64,000 nucleotides of DNA, from positions 960,001 to 1,024,000 of the forward strand of contig CAWJMB010000002.1 of assembly GCA_963843845.1 (NCBI GenBank). The letters are read 5' to 3'. Positions 1 through 10,715 of the stretch are shown piece after piece (positions within the stretch are counted from its first letter, which is position 1; every line of letters begins with the position of its first letter). The notes under the pieces are model-generated. The model was not told the origin of the DNA and searched no databases. It saw only the letters and a program-made list of their open reading frames with translations. The translations under genes and the position numbers were made by a program. The DNA comes from an uncultured Gemmatimonadaceae bacterium. Its GTDB lineage: Bacteria; Gemmatimonadota; Gemmatimonadetes; Gemmatimonadales; Gemmatimonadaceae.

Positions 1-105
1 GGATGCGATCGAGACCGGACGTGGAGAGTGAGCGGACGCCTTCGGCGGCGCGCACGTCGCCTATCGCTCGATGATCACTCATTCTCACGATCTGGGCCCA
101 ACGTC

Positions 106-1836
106 ATGCTGAAGCTCGCCACCTGCGCTGTGCTCCTCGCAGCCCCGTTCACACTCGCCGCGCAGGGCTCCGCCGACGCTCGGCTGCGCGCGCTCTACAC
201 GACCGAGTACGGCTGGCGGCAGCAGGCGTTGGGCGGCGGGCGCGGCGCGGGGGCGACGGCGTTCACGCGCATCGACGCCGCGTCGCAGAACGAACGTCTC
301 GCGTACTGGGACCGGACGCTCGCCGCGCTCGACTCGATCCCGGCGGGCGACCTGTCGCCCGAGGAGAAGGTCAACGCGCAGGTCTTCCGCGCCCAGGTCA
401 CCGCGCTCGCCAACGACGTCCGTTTCAAGACGTACGAGATGCCGTTCAACAGCGACTCGTTCTTCTGGTCGGAGTTCACGCCGCGCCAGGGCTACCCGAC
501 CGCCGACGAGTACCGCCGCTACCTCACGCGCCTCCGCGACGTGCCGCGCTACTTCGACGAGCAGACGGCGAACATGCGCGCCGGCCTCGCCCGCGGCTTC
601 AGCGTGCCGCGCGCGTCGCTCACGGGGCGTGACGGGACCATCGTGCCGTACACGAAGGCCGACACGACGAATCCGCTGTTCGCGCCGTTCGCGCAGCTCC
701 CCGTCACCATGAGCGCCGCGGACAGGGCCGCGCTGCGCAGCGAGGGACTCGCCGTCATCCGCGACGTGATCGCGCCGCGCTACGCGAGTCTGCTCGCGTT
801 CATCCGGACCGAGTATCTGCCGAGGACGCGGACCACGCTCGCCGCGACGACGATGCCCGACGGCGCCGCGTTCTACCAGTCGCAGATCGAGAAGTACACG
901 ACGCTCACGCTGACACCGCAGGAGATCCACGCGATCGGCCTGCAGGAGGTCGCGCGCATCGACGCCGACATGCTCGCGACGATGCGGCAGGCCGGGTGGA
1001 CGGGGACGAAGGCCGCGTTCCTCAAGTTCCTCCGCACCGACCCGCGCTTCTACGCGAAGACCCCGCACCAGCTCCTCGCCGAAGCGGCGTACATCTCGAA
1101 GAAGGCCGATTACAAGCTGAAGGAGACGATCGGCACGCTCCCGCGCTACCGACACGGCATCGTCCCCGTCCCCGACGCGATCGCGCCGATCTACACGGCC
1201 GGCCGCGGCGGGCTCGACGCGTGCCTCATGAACACGTACGACCTGCCGTCGCGCACGCTCTACACGCTGCCCGCGCTCGTGCTGCACGAGTGCACGCCGG
1301 GGCACAGCTTCCAGGCCGCGCTCGCGCTCGAGGGGCCGGACCGGCCGCCGTTCCGCCGCGGCGGCGGCTTCTCGGGATACGGCGAGGGGTGGGGGCTCTA
1401 CACCGAGTGGCTCGGCACGCTCATGGGGATCTACGAGACCCCGTACGAGGAGTTCGGCCGCGAGACGTACGAGATGTGGCGCGCCTGCCGCCTCGTGATC
1501 GACACCGGCATCCACCACTACGGCTGGACGCGCCGGCAGGCGATCGACTACCTCCGCGAGCACTCGGCTCTCTCGTACCACGAGATCGACACCGAGGTCG
1601 ACCGCTACATCTCGTGGCCCGGCCAGGCGCTCGCCTACAAGCTCGGCGAGATCCAGATCCGTCGCGAGCGGAAGGAGGCGGAGGCGGCGCTCGGCGCGAA
1701 GTTCGACCAGCGCAAGTTCCACGACGCGATCCTCGCGCTCGGCAGCGTGCCGCTCCCGGTGCTCGACGAGCGGATCCGGCAGTTCATCGCGGACGGCGGC
1801 GAGAACCCGCCGGCGGCGCCGCGGCGGGTGCAGTGA
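106..1836 (+). CDS. DUF885 family protein (putative secreted metallopeptidase)
   Basis: ORF 28..1836; ATG 106 opens a signal peptide (MLKLATCAVLLAAPFTLAAQ); HECTPGH, EGWGLY, RLVIDTGIH, EVDRY..WPGQALAYKLG and FHD motifs typical of DUF885. Confidence 0.9.
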   Translation: MLKLATCAVLLAAPFTLAAQGSADARLRALYTTEYGWRQQALGGGRGAGATAFTRIDAASQNERLAYWDRTLAALDSIPAGDLSPEEKVNAQVFRAQVTALANDVRFKTYEMPFNSDSFFWSEFTPRQGYPTADEYRRYLTRLRDVPRYFDEQTANMRAGLARGFSVPRASLTGRDGTIVPYTKADTTNPLFAPFAQLPVTMSAADRAALRSEGLAVIRDVIAPRYASLLAFIRTEYLPRTRTTLAATTMPDGAAFYQSQIEKYTTLTLTPQEIHAIGLQEVARIDADMLATMRQAGWTGTKAAFLKFLRTDPRFYAKTPHQLLAEAAYISKKADYKLKETIGTLPRYRHGIVPVPDAIAPIYTAGRGGLDACLMNTYDLPSRTLYTLPALVLHECTPGHSFQAALALEGPDRPPFRRGGGFSGYGEGWGLYTEWLGTLMGIYETPYEEFGRETYEMWRACRLVIDTGIHHYGWTRRQAIDYLREHSALSYHEIDTEVDRYISWPGQALAYKLGEIQIRRERKEAEAALGAKFDQRKFHDAILALGSVPLPVLDERIRQFIADGGENPPAAPRRVQ

Positions 1837-3691
1837 TGCGGCGTCGGCTCCTCGCCGCGGCGGCGGCCCTCAGCGCGGCGGCGAGCGTCGTCGCGGCGCA
1901 GCCGGCGCGAACCGACAGCGCCTTCGTCGAGATCGACACGATGATCGCGGCGCGCGACGGCGTGCGCCTGTTCACGAAGATCTTCGTGCCGCGCGCGCCG
2001 CACGGACCGCTGCCGTTCCTGTTCGTCCGCACCCCGTACGGCATCGACGGCCAGACGCCGGCGAGCGTGACGCAGTCGACCGCGTTCTACGGGCGCGACC
2101 GGTACGTCTTCGTCTATCAGGACATCCGCGGGAAGTTCAGGTCGGAGGGCGAGTTCGTCATGCAGCGCCCCCCGCGCACCGACCGCGCGCGCGGCATCGA
2201 CGAGAGCACCGACGCCTACGACTCGATCGACTGGCTCGTGCGCAACGTGCCGGACAACAACGGGCGCGTCGGGATGACCGGCGTGTCGTACCCGGGGTGG
2301 CTCGCCGCGATGGCGATGCTCGACCCGCACCCGGCGCTCAAGGCCGTCTCGCCCCAGGCCTCGCCGGCCGACATGTTCCTCGGCGACGACTTCCACCACC
2401 AGGGCGCGTTCCGGCTCAGCTACGGCTTCGAGTACGCGACGATGATGGAGAGCGGCAAGGACGTCGAGAACTTCCAGTTCGACGTCTACGACACCTACGA
2501 CTGGTACCTGCGTCAGGGCTCGCTCGCGAACGTCACGCGGCGGCTCGCCGGCAAGATCCCGACGTGGAACGGACTTCGTCACGCACCCCAACTACGACGC
2601 GTTCTGGCAGCGGCAGGCGATGCGCCCGTACCTGACGCGGGTGACGGTGCCGACGCTCAACGTCGCCGGCTGGTGGGACCAGGAAGACTTCTACGGCCCG
2701 GTGCACATCTACCGCGAGCTCGAGAAGCACGACGTGCGGAATCAGAACTTCCTCGTCGTCGGCCCGTGGAGCCACGGCGGGTGGATGGCGCGGCGACGGC
2801 AGCGCGTTGGGCAACATCCAGTTCGGCAGCGCGACGGGGAAGTTCTTCCGCGACTCGATCATGGCGCCGTTCTTCGCCCACTACCTGCACGACGAGGGCA
2901 GCTCGCACGCTCGCCGAGGCGACGGTGTTCGAGGCGGGGAGCAACGTGTGGAGGACGTACGACGCGTGGCCCGCCACGCGGGGCGTCACCGCGCGCGCTC
3001 TCTACTTCCGCGACGAGCGGCACGCTCGCGTTCGAGCCGCCCGCCGGCGAGCACGCCGCCGACCGCGCACGACGCCTACGTCTCCGACCCCGCGAAGCCG
3101 GTGCCGTACCGCGCCCGCCCCATCCAGGCGACCTACGAGCCGCGCGGCTCCGGCTGGTCCACGTGGCTCACCGAGGACCAGCGCTTCGCGTCGAGCCGCC
3201 CCGACGTGCTGACCTACGACACCGGCGTGCTCGCGAGCGACGTCACGATCGCCGGCGACATCTCGGTCACGCTCCACGCCGCCACGACCGGCAGCGACGC
3301 GGACTGGGTCGTGAAGCTGATCGACGTCTACCCCGACACGGGGATGCGCGACCTCAAGATGAACGGCTACCAGCTCATGGTCGCGAACGACGTGCTGCGC
3401 GGCCGCTTCCGCGAGTCGTTCGAGCGGCCGGCGGCGGTGGTGCCGAACGCGGTGACGAAGTTCACCGTCGACCTGCACACGCAGGCGTACACGTTCAAGC
3501 GCGGGCACCGCATCATGGTGCAGGTGCAGAGCAGCTGGTTCCCGCTCATCGACCGGAACCCGCAGACGTTCGTGCCGAACATCTTCGAGGCGAAGGACGC
3601 CGACTTCCGCGCCGCCACGCAGCGCGTCTATCGCTCGGCGAGATACCCGTCGCAGATCGTGCTGCCGATCGTCGACCGGACCGTGCCCTAG
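1836..3691 (+). CDS. CocE/NonD family serine hydrolase (S15, X-Pro dipeptidyl-peptidase / glutaryl-7-ACA acylase-like); frameshifted
   Basis: TGATG overlap with upstream gene; signal peptide; RTPY, QDIRG, GVSYPG nucleophile, GWWDQED, GPWSHG, C-terminal SSWFPLIDRNPQTFV; pieces lie in ORFs 996..3212, 2620..4179 and 2807..3691 (indels near 2572, 2790, 2905, 3020). Confidence 0.85.
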
Positions 3692-3717
3692 ACGACCGGG
3701 GCGCGCCGGTAGCGCTC

Positions 3718-3737
3718 GGCGGATATTGGATACAATG
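3718..3737. promoter_or_regulatory. Putative GntR-family operator (core ATTGGATACAAT, 3725-3736)
   Basis: AT-rich near-palindrome about 28 bp upstream of ATG 3765; 18/20 identical to the site at 14494-14513. Confidence 0.6.
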
Positions 3738-3764
3738 TACGGGTGTCCCGCTCCCCGCCACCGC

Positions 3765-6059
3765 ATGCGCCTCGTCACCCTCCGCGTCGCGACGTGTCTC
3801 CTCGCCGGCGCGGCCGCGCCGCTCGCCGCGCCGCTCGCCGCGCCGCTCGCCGCGCCGCTCGCCGCTCCGCTCCACGCGCAGGGGCGCGGGGGGCCGCCCG
3901 AGCCCCCCGTCGCGCAGTCGGTCCCGGCTGACCTCCGGCCGCTCCTCGCGCCGCACCGCAGCGAGATGCGCCTCGTCACGACGCGCTACGCGGCGGACCG
4001 CGCGCTGCTCAACACGAACTACGCCGGCGTCGCGGCGACGGGCGGCGGGGGCGGCGGAGGGCCGCGCACGGCGACTCCCGCCGATACGGTCCCGCTCTCT
4101 CGCGCGCGCATCGCGCGCCTCAAGCGCTTCGACCTGTCGTGGCAGACCGCGCTCGGGCGGCTCGACGCGGCGGCGCTGACGCCTCCCGCGCGCGCCGACC
4201 TCGACTCGCTCCGACGCACCGTCGCCGCGAATCTCGCTCGCCTCGACGACGACACGCGCGCCCTCGCCGTGACGATGCCGCTCACGCCGTTCGCGGCGCC
4301 GCTCGTCGGCCTCGTCGAGGCGCGCATCCGCGTCGACCCGGTCGACGGCGAGTCGGCGGCGCGCACGCTGACGAACGTCACGCGCGACCTCGCCACGCTC
4401 AAGGCACGACTCGAGGCGGGGCTCGGCAGGGCGCCGAACGGCATCCCGGTCGCGCCGCTCCGCGTGAGCCGCGAGCAGGCCACGCTCGCCGCGAAGGCCA
4501 CCGAGACGCTGCGCGCGAACCTCGCGTACTGGTACACGTTCTTTCACGGCTACGACCCGCTGTTCACCTGGTGGGTCGAGATGCCGTACGCGAAGGTCGA
4601 CGACGCCCTGAAGGACTACGCGACGTTCCTCGGCGGCGCGGTCGCGAGCGCGGACAACCCGCCCGACGCCGACATCCCGAGCCTCACGATCCCCCCCGCC
4701 GCGCCGCCGACGTACGGCGAGGTGCCGGACCTCCGCGAACTGCTCGCGCTCCCGCAGGACGAGATGACCGACGTCGTGCGGCGCTTCGTGGGCAGCGGCG
4801 GCACGGGGCGCGCGAGCGGCGGTCGCGGCAACGAGCCGGGCGCCGGCCAGCCGCGCGACTCGGCGTACTACACCGGGTGGCTCGCGGCACTCCAGACGCT
4901 CGACTTCGACCGCCTCACGCGCAACGCGCAGGTCGACTACCTGTATCTGCGCAACGTCGCCGACGTGCAGCTCCGGCGCATGGGCACGACGCTCCCCGCG
5001 AACCCGCCGCGCAAGACCGACAGCAGCGGCATTCCCGGCGCCGCGCGCGGACGCGAGGGGCTCATTCGCGACCTGCAGGACGAGCTGATTCCGTACACGC
5101 CCGAGCAGCTCATCGCGCTCGCCGAGCGCGAGTTCGCGTGGTGCGACGCGGAGATGTTGAAGGCGTCGCGCGCGATGGGCTTCGGCACCGACTGGAAGAA
5201 GGCGCTCGAGAAGACGAAGACGATGCACCCGCCGCCGGGCGGCCAGCCGGCGATGATCCGCGATCTGCTCGAGGAGGCGGTCGCCTACCTCCGCGCGAAC
5301 GACCTGATCACCGTGCCGCCGGTCGACGCCGAGTCGCAGCACATGATCATGATGTCCCCCGAGCGGCAGCTCGTGAACCCGTTCTTCCTCGGCGGCGCCC
5401 TCATCCAGGTGTCGTTCCCGACGAACACGATGGAGTTCGACGCGCGGCAGCAGAGCATGCGCGGCAACAGCCGCCCGTGGTCGCACGCGACGGCGTTCCA
5501 CGAGATGATCCCCGGTCACAACCTCGTGTCGTACTACGGGCAGCGCTTCGCGGGCTACCGCGCCCAGCTCGGCGCGAGCGGGCCGTTCTTCGGCGAGGGG
5601 TGGCCGGTGTACTGGGAGACCATCATGTACGACAAGGGCTTCCACGACACGCCCGAGGAGAAGGTCGGCGCGCTCGTCTGGCGCATGCACCGCTGCGCGC
5701 GGATCATCTTCTCGCTCCGCTTCCACATGGGAGAGTGGTCGCCGCAGCAGGCCGTCGACTTCCTCGTCGACCGCGTCGGCTTCGAGCGCGACAACGCCCG
5801 CGCCGAGGTGCTGCGCTCGTTCCAGGGCGGCTACGGGCCGCTCTATCAGGCCGGCTATCTGCTCGGCGCGCTGCAGTTCCGCGGCCTGCGCCGCGAGCTC
5901 GTCGACTCGAAGCTGATGCCCGAGAAGCAGTTCCACGACGAGGTGATGCGCCAGGGCTCGCAGCCCGTCGCGCTGATCCGGCTCGCGTTAGGCAAGCAGA
6001 AGCTGACGCGCGACACGCCGGTCGAGTGGAAGTTCTACGGCGAGCTGCCGAGCCGCTGA
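3765..6059 (+). CDS. DUF885 domain protein (second, divergent paralogue with N-terminal extension)
   Basis: ORF 3726..6059; likely start ATG 3765 with signal peptide; HEMIPGH, EGWPVYWE, RCARII, YLLG and FHD motifs. Confidence 0.85.
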   Translation: MRLVTLRVATCLLAGAAAPLAAPLAAPLAAPLAAPLHAQGRGGPPEPPVAQSVPADLRPLLAPHRSEMRLVTTRYAADRALLNTNYAGVAATGGGGGGGPRTATPADTVPLSRARIARLKRFDLSWQTALGRLDAAALTPPARADLDSLRRTVAANLARLDDDTRALAVTMPLTPFAAPLVGLVEARIRVDPVDGESAARTLTNVTRDLATLKARLEAGLGRAPNGIPVAPLRVSREQATLAAKATETLRANLAYWYTFFHGYDPLFTWWVEMPYAKVDDALKDYATFLGGAVASADNPPDADIPSLTIPPAAPPTYGEVPDLRELLALPQDEMTDVVRRFVGSGGTGRASGGRGNEPGAGQPRDSAYYTGWLAALQTLDFDRLTRNAQVDYLYLRNVADVQLRRMGTTLPANPPRKTDSSGIPGAARGREGLIRDLQDELIPYTPEQLIALAEREFAWCDAEMLKASRAMGFGTDWKKALEKTKTMHPPPGGQPAMIRDLLEEAVAYLRANDLITVPPVDAESQHMIMMSPERQLVNPFFLGGALIQVSFPTNTMEFDARQQSMRGNSRPWSHATAFHEMIPGHNLVSYYGQRFAGYRAQLGASGPFFGEGWPVYWETIMYDKGFHDTPEEKVGALVWRMHRCARIIFSLRFHMGEWSPQQAVDFLVDRVGFERDNARAEVLRSFQGGYGPLYQAGYLLGALQFRGLRRELVDSKLMPEKQFHDEVMRQGSQPVALIRLALGKQKLTRDTPVEWKFYGELPSR
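3813..3872 (+). repeat. 12-bp tandem repeat GCCGCGCCGCTC x5 (AAPL x5) inside signal peptide
   Basis: Read directly; last copy imperfect. Confidence 0.9.
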
Positions 6060-6080
6060 GCATGAACCGGGCTATTCATG

Positions 6081-6158
6081 TTTGACGGGAGGAACAGAAC
6101 GGGCAGGGACGCGCACGCGTGTGCGGCCCTCCCGTCCGTTCCGTTCCTGCCGTCGAAA
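6081..6158. repeat. Intergenic imperfect palindrome (REP/terminator-like), same family as 46327-46405
   Basis: Left arm TTTGACGGGAGGAACAGAACGG; right arm CCGTTCCGTTCCTGCCGTCGAAA. Confidence 0.6.
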
Positions 6159-6189
6159 CGACACCGCGACACTCCTACTCCACCGCACC

Positions 6190-7480
6190 ATGCTCCGTCG
6201 TGATTTTGCAGGCTTGACGTTGGGCGCCACCGGGCTCGCCGCGTTCGGCCGCCGGGCCGTCGCCGCGCCGGTCGAGATCGAGGCCGACGTGCCGTCGTCG
6301 ATCGACCGCTTGCAGCCGATGACGAACGGCGTCGTGCCGATCGGCGACGACGAACGCCGCGCGCGGATCGAGAAGGCGCAGCGGCTGATGGCCGAGAACG
6401 GCATCGGCGCGCTGATGCTCGAGCGCGGCACGAGCATGCTCTACTTCACCGGCGTGCGCTGGGGGCTCAGCGAGCGCCCGTTCGTCGTGGTGATTCCGGC
6501 GCGAGGCGAGCTCGCGTGGGTGACGCCGGCGTTCGAGGAGGAGCGCGCGCGCGAGCTCATCAAGTTCTCGCAACGACGTGCGCGTCTGGCAGGAGGACGA
6601 GAGCCCGTACCGCGTGATCGCCGGCATCCTGCGCGACCGCGGCGCCGGGACGCGGCAAGATCGGCGTCGAGGAGCGCATGCGCTTCTTCATCGCCGACGG
6701 CGTGCAGCAGGAGCTGCCGCGCGCGTCGCTTCGTCGAGCGCCACGCCGGTCACCGCCGGCTGCCGCATGATCAAGTCGCCGGCCGAGATCGCGCTCATGC
6801 AGCGGGCGAACGACATCACGCTCGCCGGCGCTACAAGGCCGCGTTCGCGACGCTGCACGAGGGCATGACGCAGTTCGAGTTCCAGCGGAACGTCGCAGGC
6901 CGCGTTCGCGAAGCTCGGCGTGCCGGGCGGGTCGGCGCGCTGGTCGCAGTTCGGCAAGTGCACCGCGTTTCCGCACGGCAGCATCCAGCCGCAGCAAGCT
7001 GCGCGAGGGCGACGTCGTGCTCGTCGACGGCGGCTGCACGCGTCGAGGGCTACGCGTCGGACATCACGCGCACGACGGTGTTCGGCAGGCCGACCGCAGC
7101 GGCAGACGCGACGTCTGGGATCTCGAGAAGCGCGCGCAGGCCGCGGCGTTCGCCGCCGCGCAGATCGGCGCGACGTGCGAGTCGGTCGACGCCGCGGCGC
7201 GCAAGGTGATCACCGCCGCCGGCTTCGGGCCCGGACTACAAGGTGCCGGGGCTGCCGCACCGCACCGGCCACGGCATCGGCATCGACGGCCACGAGTGGA
7301 CGAACTTCGTGCGCGGCAACACGACGCGCCTCGCAGCCGGGCATGTGCTTCAGCGACGAGCCGATGATCGCGATCTACGGGGAGTTCGGCATCCGGCTCG
7401 AGGACTGCCTCTACATGACCGAGAGCGGGCCGCGCTACTTCACCGGGCAGGCGAAGTCGATGACCGACCTGTTCAGTTGA
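6190..7480 (+). CDS. Xaa-Pro peptidase (M24 prolidase family) with Tat signal; multiple frameshifts
   Basis: MLRRDF twin-arginine leader; creatinase-type N-domain; KSPAEIALM, FPHG, DGGC, HRTGHGIGIDGHE, SDEP..GIRLED motifs spread over several frames (indels about 6570-7340). Confidence 0.85.
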
Positions 7481-7485
7481 CACGC

Positions 7486-8244
7486 GTGCCGCGACGTCCG
7501 ACCGCGACTCCCGCGCGCGCGCCCGACGCGGCGCGGGCGTCCGGCGCCGCGACCGTGCTCCCGATCCGCCGCCAGACGCTCGCGGGCATGACGCTCGACG
7601 CGCTGCGCGACCGCATCCTGCACGGCATCTACCCCGAAGGCGAGCCGCTCCGTCAGGACGCGATCGCCGACGAGCTCGGCGTGAGCCGCATCCCGGTGCG
7701 CGAGGCGCTGCGTCAGCTCGAGGCCGAGGGGCTCGTGACCTTCAACCCGCACCGCGGGGCGGTCGTCTCGTCGCTCTCGCTGCCGGAGATCACCGAGCTG
7801 TTCGAGCTGCGCGCGCTCATCGAGGTCGAGCTGCTCCGGCTCGCCGTGCCGAACGCGTCGGCGGACGACGTCGCGCGCGGGCGCCAGCTGCTCGACGCGT
7901 ACGACACCGCGCTCCTCTCGGGCGACGTCGCGTCGTGGGGCGCGATGAACTGGCAGTTCCACTCGACGCTCTACGCCCCCGCCGACCGTGCGTTCACGCT
8001 CGGCGTCGCACAGCGGCTGCACCAGCAGTGCGACCGCTACCTGCGCATGCAGCTCGCGCTGACCCGCGGCGCGACGCGCGCGACGACCGAGCACCGCGCC
8101 ATCCTCGCCGCCGTGCGCAAGCGCGACGCGGAGCGCGCCTGCGCCCTGCTGCGCGACCACGTGATCGGCGCCGGGCGCACGCTCCACGACTTCCTCGCGA
8201 ACGAGCGAGGCATCGCACTCACTCGCACCAGACTGTCTCAGTGA
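7486..8244 (+). CDS. GntR/FCD family transcriptional regulator (probable hydroxyproline cluster regulator)
   Basis: GEPLRQDAIADELGVSRIPVREAL winged HTH; FCD domain (N..FH, EH); start GTG 7486 uncertain. Confidence 0.9.
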   Translation: MPRRPTATPARAPDAARASGAATVLPIRRQTLAGMTLDALRDRILHGIYPEGEPLRQDAIADELGVSRIPVREALRQLEAEGLVTFNPHRGAVVSSLSLPEITELFELRALIEVELLRLAVPNASADDVARGRQLLDAYDTALLSGDVASWGAMNWQFHSTLYAPADRAFTLGVAQRLHQQCDRYLRMQLALTRGATRATTEHRAILAAVRKRDAERACALLRDHVIGAGRTLHDFLANERGIALTRTRLSQ

Positions 8245-8249
8245 TCGAC

Positions 8250-9704
8250 ATGCCGACGGCCGACGCCCCGCGCCTGCAGCCCTTCATCGCCGGCGCGTTC
8301 CGGCCGAGCGATTCCGAGCGGTGGCTCGACAGCGTGAACCCCTCGGACGCGCACGACGTCGTCGCGCAGGTACCGCACGGCAGCGAGGCCGACGTGCGCC
8401 TCGCCGTCGACGCCGCGGCCGAGGCGTTCCCTGCGTGGCGCGCCCTCACCGGCCCCGCGCGTGCCGAGCATCTGTATCGGTGGGCGGCGGCGATCGGCGA
8501 GCGGCAGGAGCCGCTCGCGCAGGCGATGACGCGCGAAGTCGGCAAGCCGATCGGCGAGGCGCGCGGCGAGGCGGCACGGTGCGTCGCGATCCTGCGCTAC
8601 TACGCCGGCGAGGCGGTACGCGCCGTCGGTTCGGTGATCCCGGCGCAGGCCGCGGGCGCGCTGCAGTACACGTTGCACGAACCGCTCGGCGTCGTCGCGC
8701 TGATCACGCCGTGGAACTTCCCCGCGGCGATCCCGCTGTGGAAGGCGGCGCCGGCGCTCGCGTTCGGCAACACCGTCGTGCTCAAGCCGGCGGAGATGTC
8801 GTCGCACGTCGCGACGCTGCTCGCGGAGACGGCGGTCGCCGCGGGGCTGCCGCGCGGCGTGTTCAACGTCGTCCTGGGCACCGGCGCGGAGATCGGGCCG
8901 GCGCTCGTCGGGGCGTCGGCGGTCCGCGCGGTGAGCTTCACCGGTTCGGGCGCCGTCGGCGCGACCGTCGCGGCGGCCGCCGCGGCGCGCAACATCCGGT
9001 ATCAGACCGAGATGGGCGGCAAGAACGTCGTCATCGTGCTGCCGGACGCGGACCTCACGCAGGCCGCGACGCTGACCGCGGCCGGCGCGATGCGCTACGC
9101 GGGGCAGAAGTGCACGGCGACGAGCCGCGTCGTCGTCGCGCGCGAGATCGAGGACGCATTCCTCGGCGAGCTGCGCGCGCAGGTCGAGGCGCTGCCGTTA
9201 GGCCCGGTGACCGACGCGACCGCCGCCGTCGGCCCGCTCATCAGCGAGCGGTCGCGCACGTCGGTCCGCGACGCGCTCGCCGCGTTCGAGGGCACGTCGT
9301 ATTTCGAGCGGCGTGTCCCGGAGGGGAGCGGATACGACCGCGGCTTCTTCCACCCGCCGACGATCTACCGCGACGTCCCCGCCGACTCGGCGCTCGCGCA
9401 GCAGGAGCTGTTCGCGCCGGTGCTCGCCGTGATGACGGCCGACGACCTCGAGCACGCCCTCGCCCTCGCGAACGACGTGACGTACGGCCTCAGCGCGTCG
9501 CTGTTCACGCGCGACCTGCGCAGCGCGCTGCACTACGTCAGCCGCATCGAGGTCGGTCTCGTGCGCGTGAACGGCGACACGACCGGCGTCGATCCGCACG
9601 CGCCGTTCGGCGGCATGAAGGGATCGAGCTCCGGCAGCCGCGAGCAGGGCCCGGCGGCGCGCGAGTTCTACACCGAGATCAAGACGGTGCAGGTGAATCC
9701 GTGA
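8250..9704 (+). CDS. Aldehyde dehydrogenase, probably alpha-ketoglutaric semialdehyde dehydrogenase
   Basis: ITPWNFP, FTGS, EMGGKN, GQKCTA, PFGGMK motifs; specificity inferred from hydroxyproline cluster context. Confidence 0.85.
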   Translation: MPTADAPRLQPFIAGAFRPSDSERWLDSVNPSDAHDVVAQVPHGSEADVRLAVDAAAEAFPAWRALTGPARAEHLYRWAAAIGERQEPLAQAMTREVGKPIGEARGEAARCVAILRYYAGEAVRAVGSVIPAQAAGALQYTLHEPLGVVALITPWNFPAAIPLWKAAPALAFGNTVVLKPAEMSSHVATLLAETAVAAGLPRGVFNVVLGTGAEIGPALVGASAVRAVSFTGSGAVGATVAAAAAARNIRYQTEMGGKNVVIVLPDADLTQAATLTAAGAMRYAGQKCTATSRVVVAREIEDAFLGELRAQVEALPLGPVTDATAAVGPLISERSRTSVRDALAAFEGTSYFERRVPEGSGYDRGFFHPPTIYRDVPADSALAQQELFAPVLAVMTADDLEHALALANDVTYGLSASLFTRDLRSALHYVSRIEVGLVRVNGDTTGVDPHAPFGGMKGSSSGSREQGPAAREFYTEIKTVQVNP

Positions 9705-10680
9705 GCGACGGCATCCGCGTCATCGACAGCCACACCGAAGGCGAGCCCACGCGCGTCGTCATCGACGGCTGGCCGATGCCGAACGGCGACACGATGGCGG
9801 CGCGGCGCGACGACCTGCGCGCACGCTTCGACACGCTGCGCCGCGCCGTCGTCTGCGAGCCGCGTGGGCACGACGCCGTCGTCGGCGCGCTGCTCACGCC
9901 TCCCGTCCACGCCTCGTCCGCCGCCGGCATCGTGTTCTTCAACAACGGCACGTACCTCGGCATGTGCGGGCACGGGCTCATCGGCGTCGTCCGCACGCTC
10001 GAGTATCTCGGGCGCCTGACGACCGGCACGCACGCCTTCGACACGCCGGTCGGCACCGTGCGGGCGACGCTCGCACGACGACGGCAGCGTGACGATCGTG
10101 AACGTCGCGCCGAGCGTGTACGCGCAGCGACGTGACGGTGGACGTGCCGGGGTACGGGCGCGTGACCGGCGACGTCGCCTACGGCGGCAACTGGTTCTTC
10201 ATCACGCACGCCGATGGGGTGGCGGAGGCGCCGCCGGTCGACATGGCGCACGTGCGCGACCTCGAACGGTTCACGCAGGCGATCCAGGACGCGATCCGCG
10301 CACAGGGCATCACCGGCGCCGACGGCGCCGACGTCGACCACGTCGAGCTCTCGGCGGCGCCGGCGCGCGACGACGCGGACGGGCGCAACTTCGTGCTCTG
10401 CTCGGGCGGCGAGTACGACCGCTCGCCGTGCGGCACGGGCACGTCGGCGAAGATGGCGGCGCTGCACGCGCGCGGTGCGCTGGCGTTGGGGGTGCCGTGG
10501 CGGCAGGAGAGCATCACGGGCGGTCTGTTCACCGGGTGGCTCACCGCGGGCGACGACGGGGCGCTCGTGCCGCACGTGCGCGGCACGGCCTTCGTCACCG
10601 GCGAGACGACGCTGCGCTTCGATCCGTCGGACCCGTTCCGCTTCGGCATCCCGACCGCGACCGGTGCCACTGCCGAGTGA
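9701..10680 (+). CDS. Proline racemase family, probable 4-hydroxyproline 2-epimerase (LhpA-like); frameshifted
   Basis: IDSHTEGEPTR, both catalytic Cys motifs (MCGH, DRSPCGTG), AYGGNWF; indels near 10075 and 10130. Confidence 0.85.
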
Positions 10681-10715
10681 GCGCGGCGTGAACGCGCGGC
10701 GGCGGTGAGCCGATC

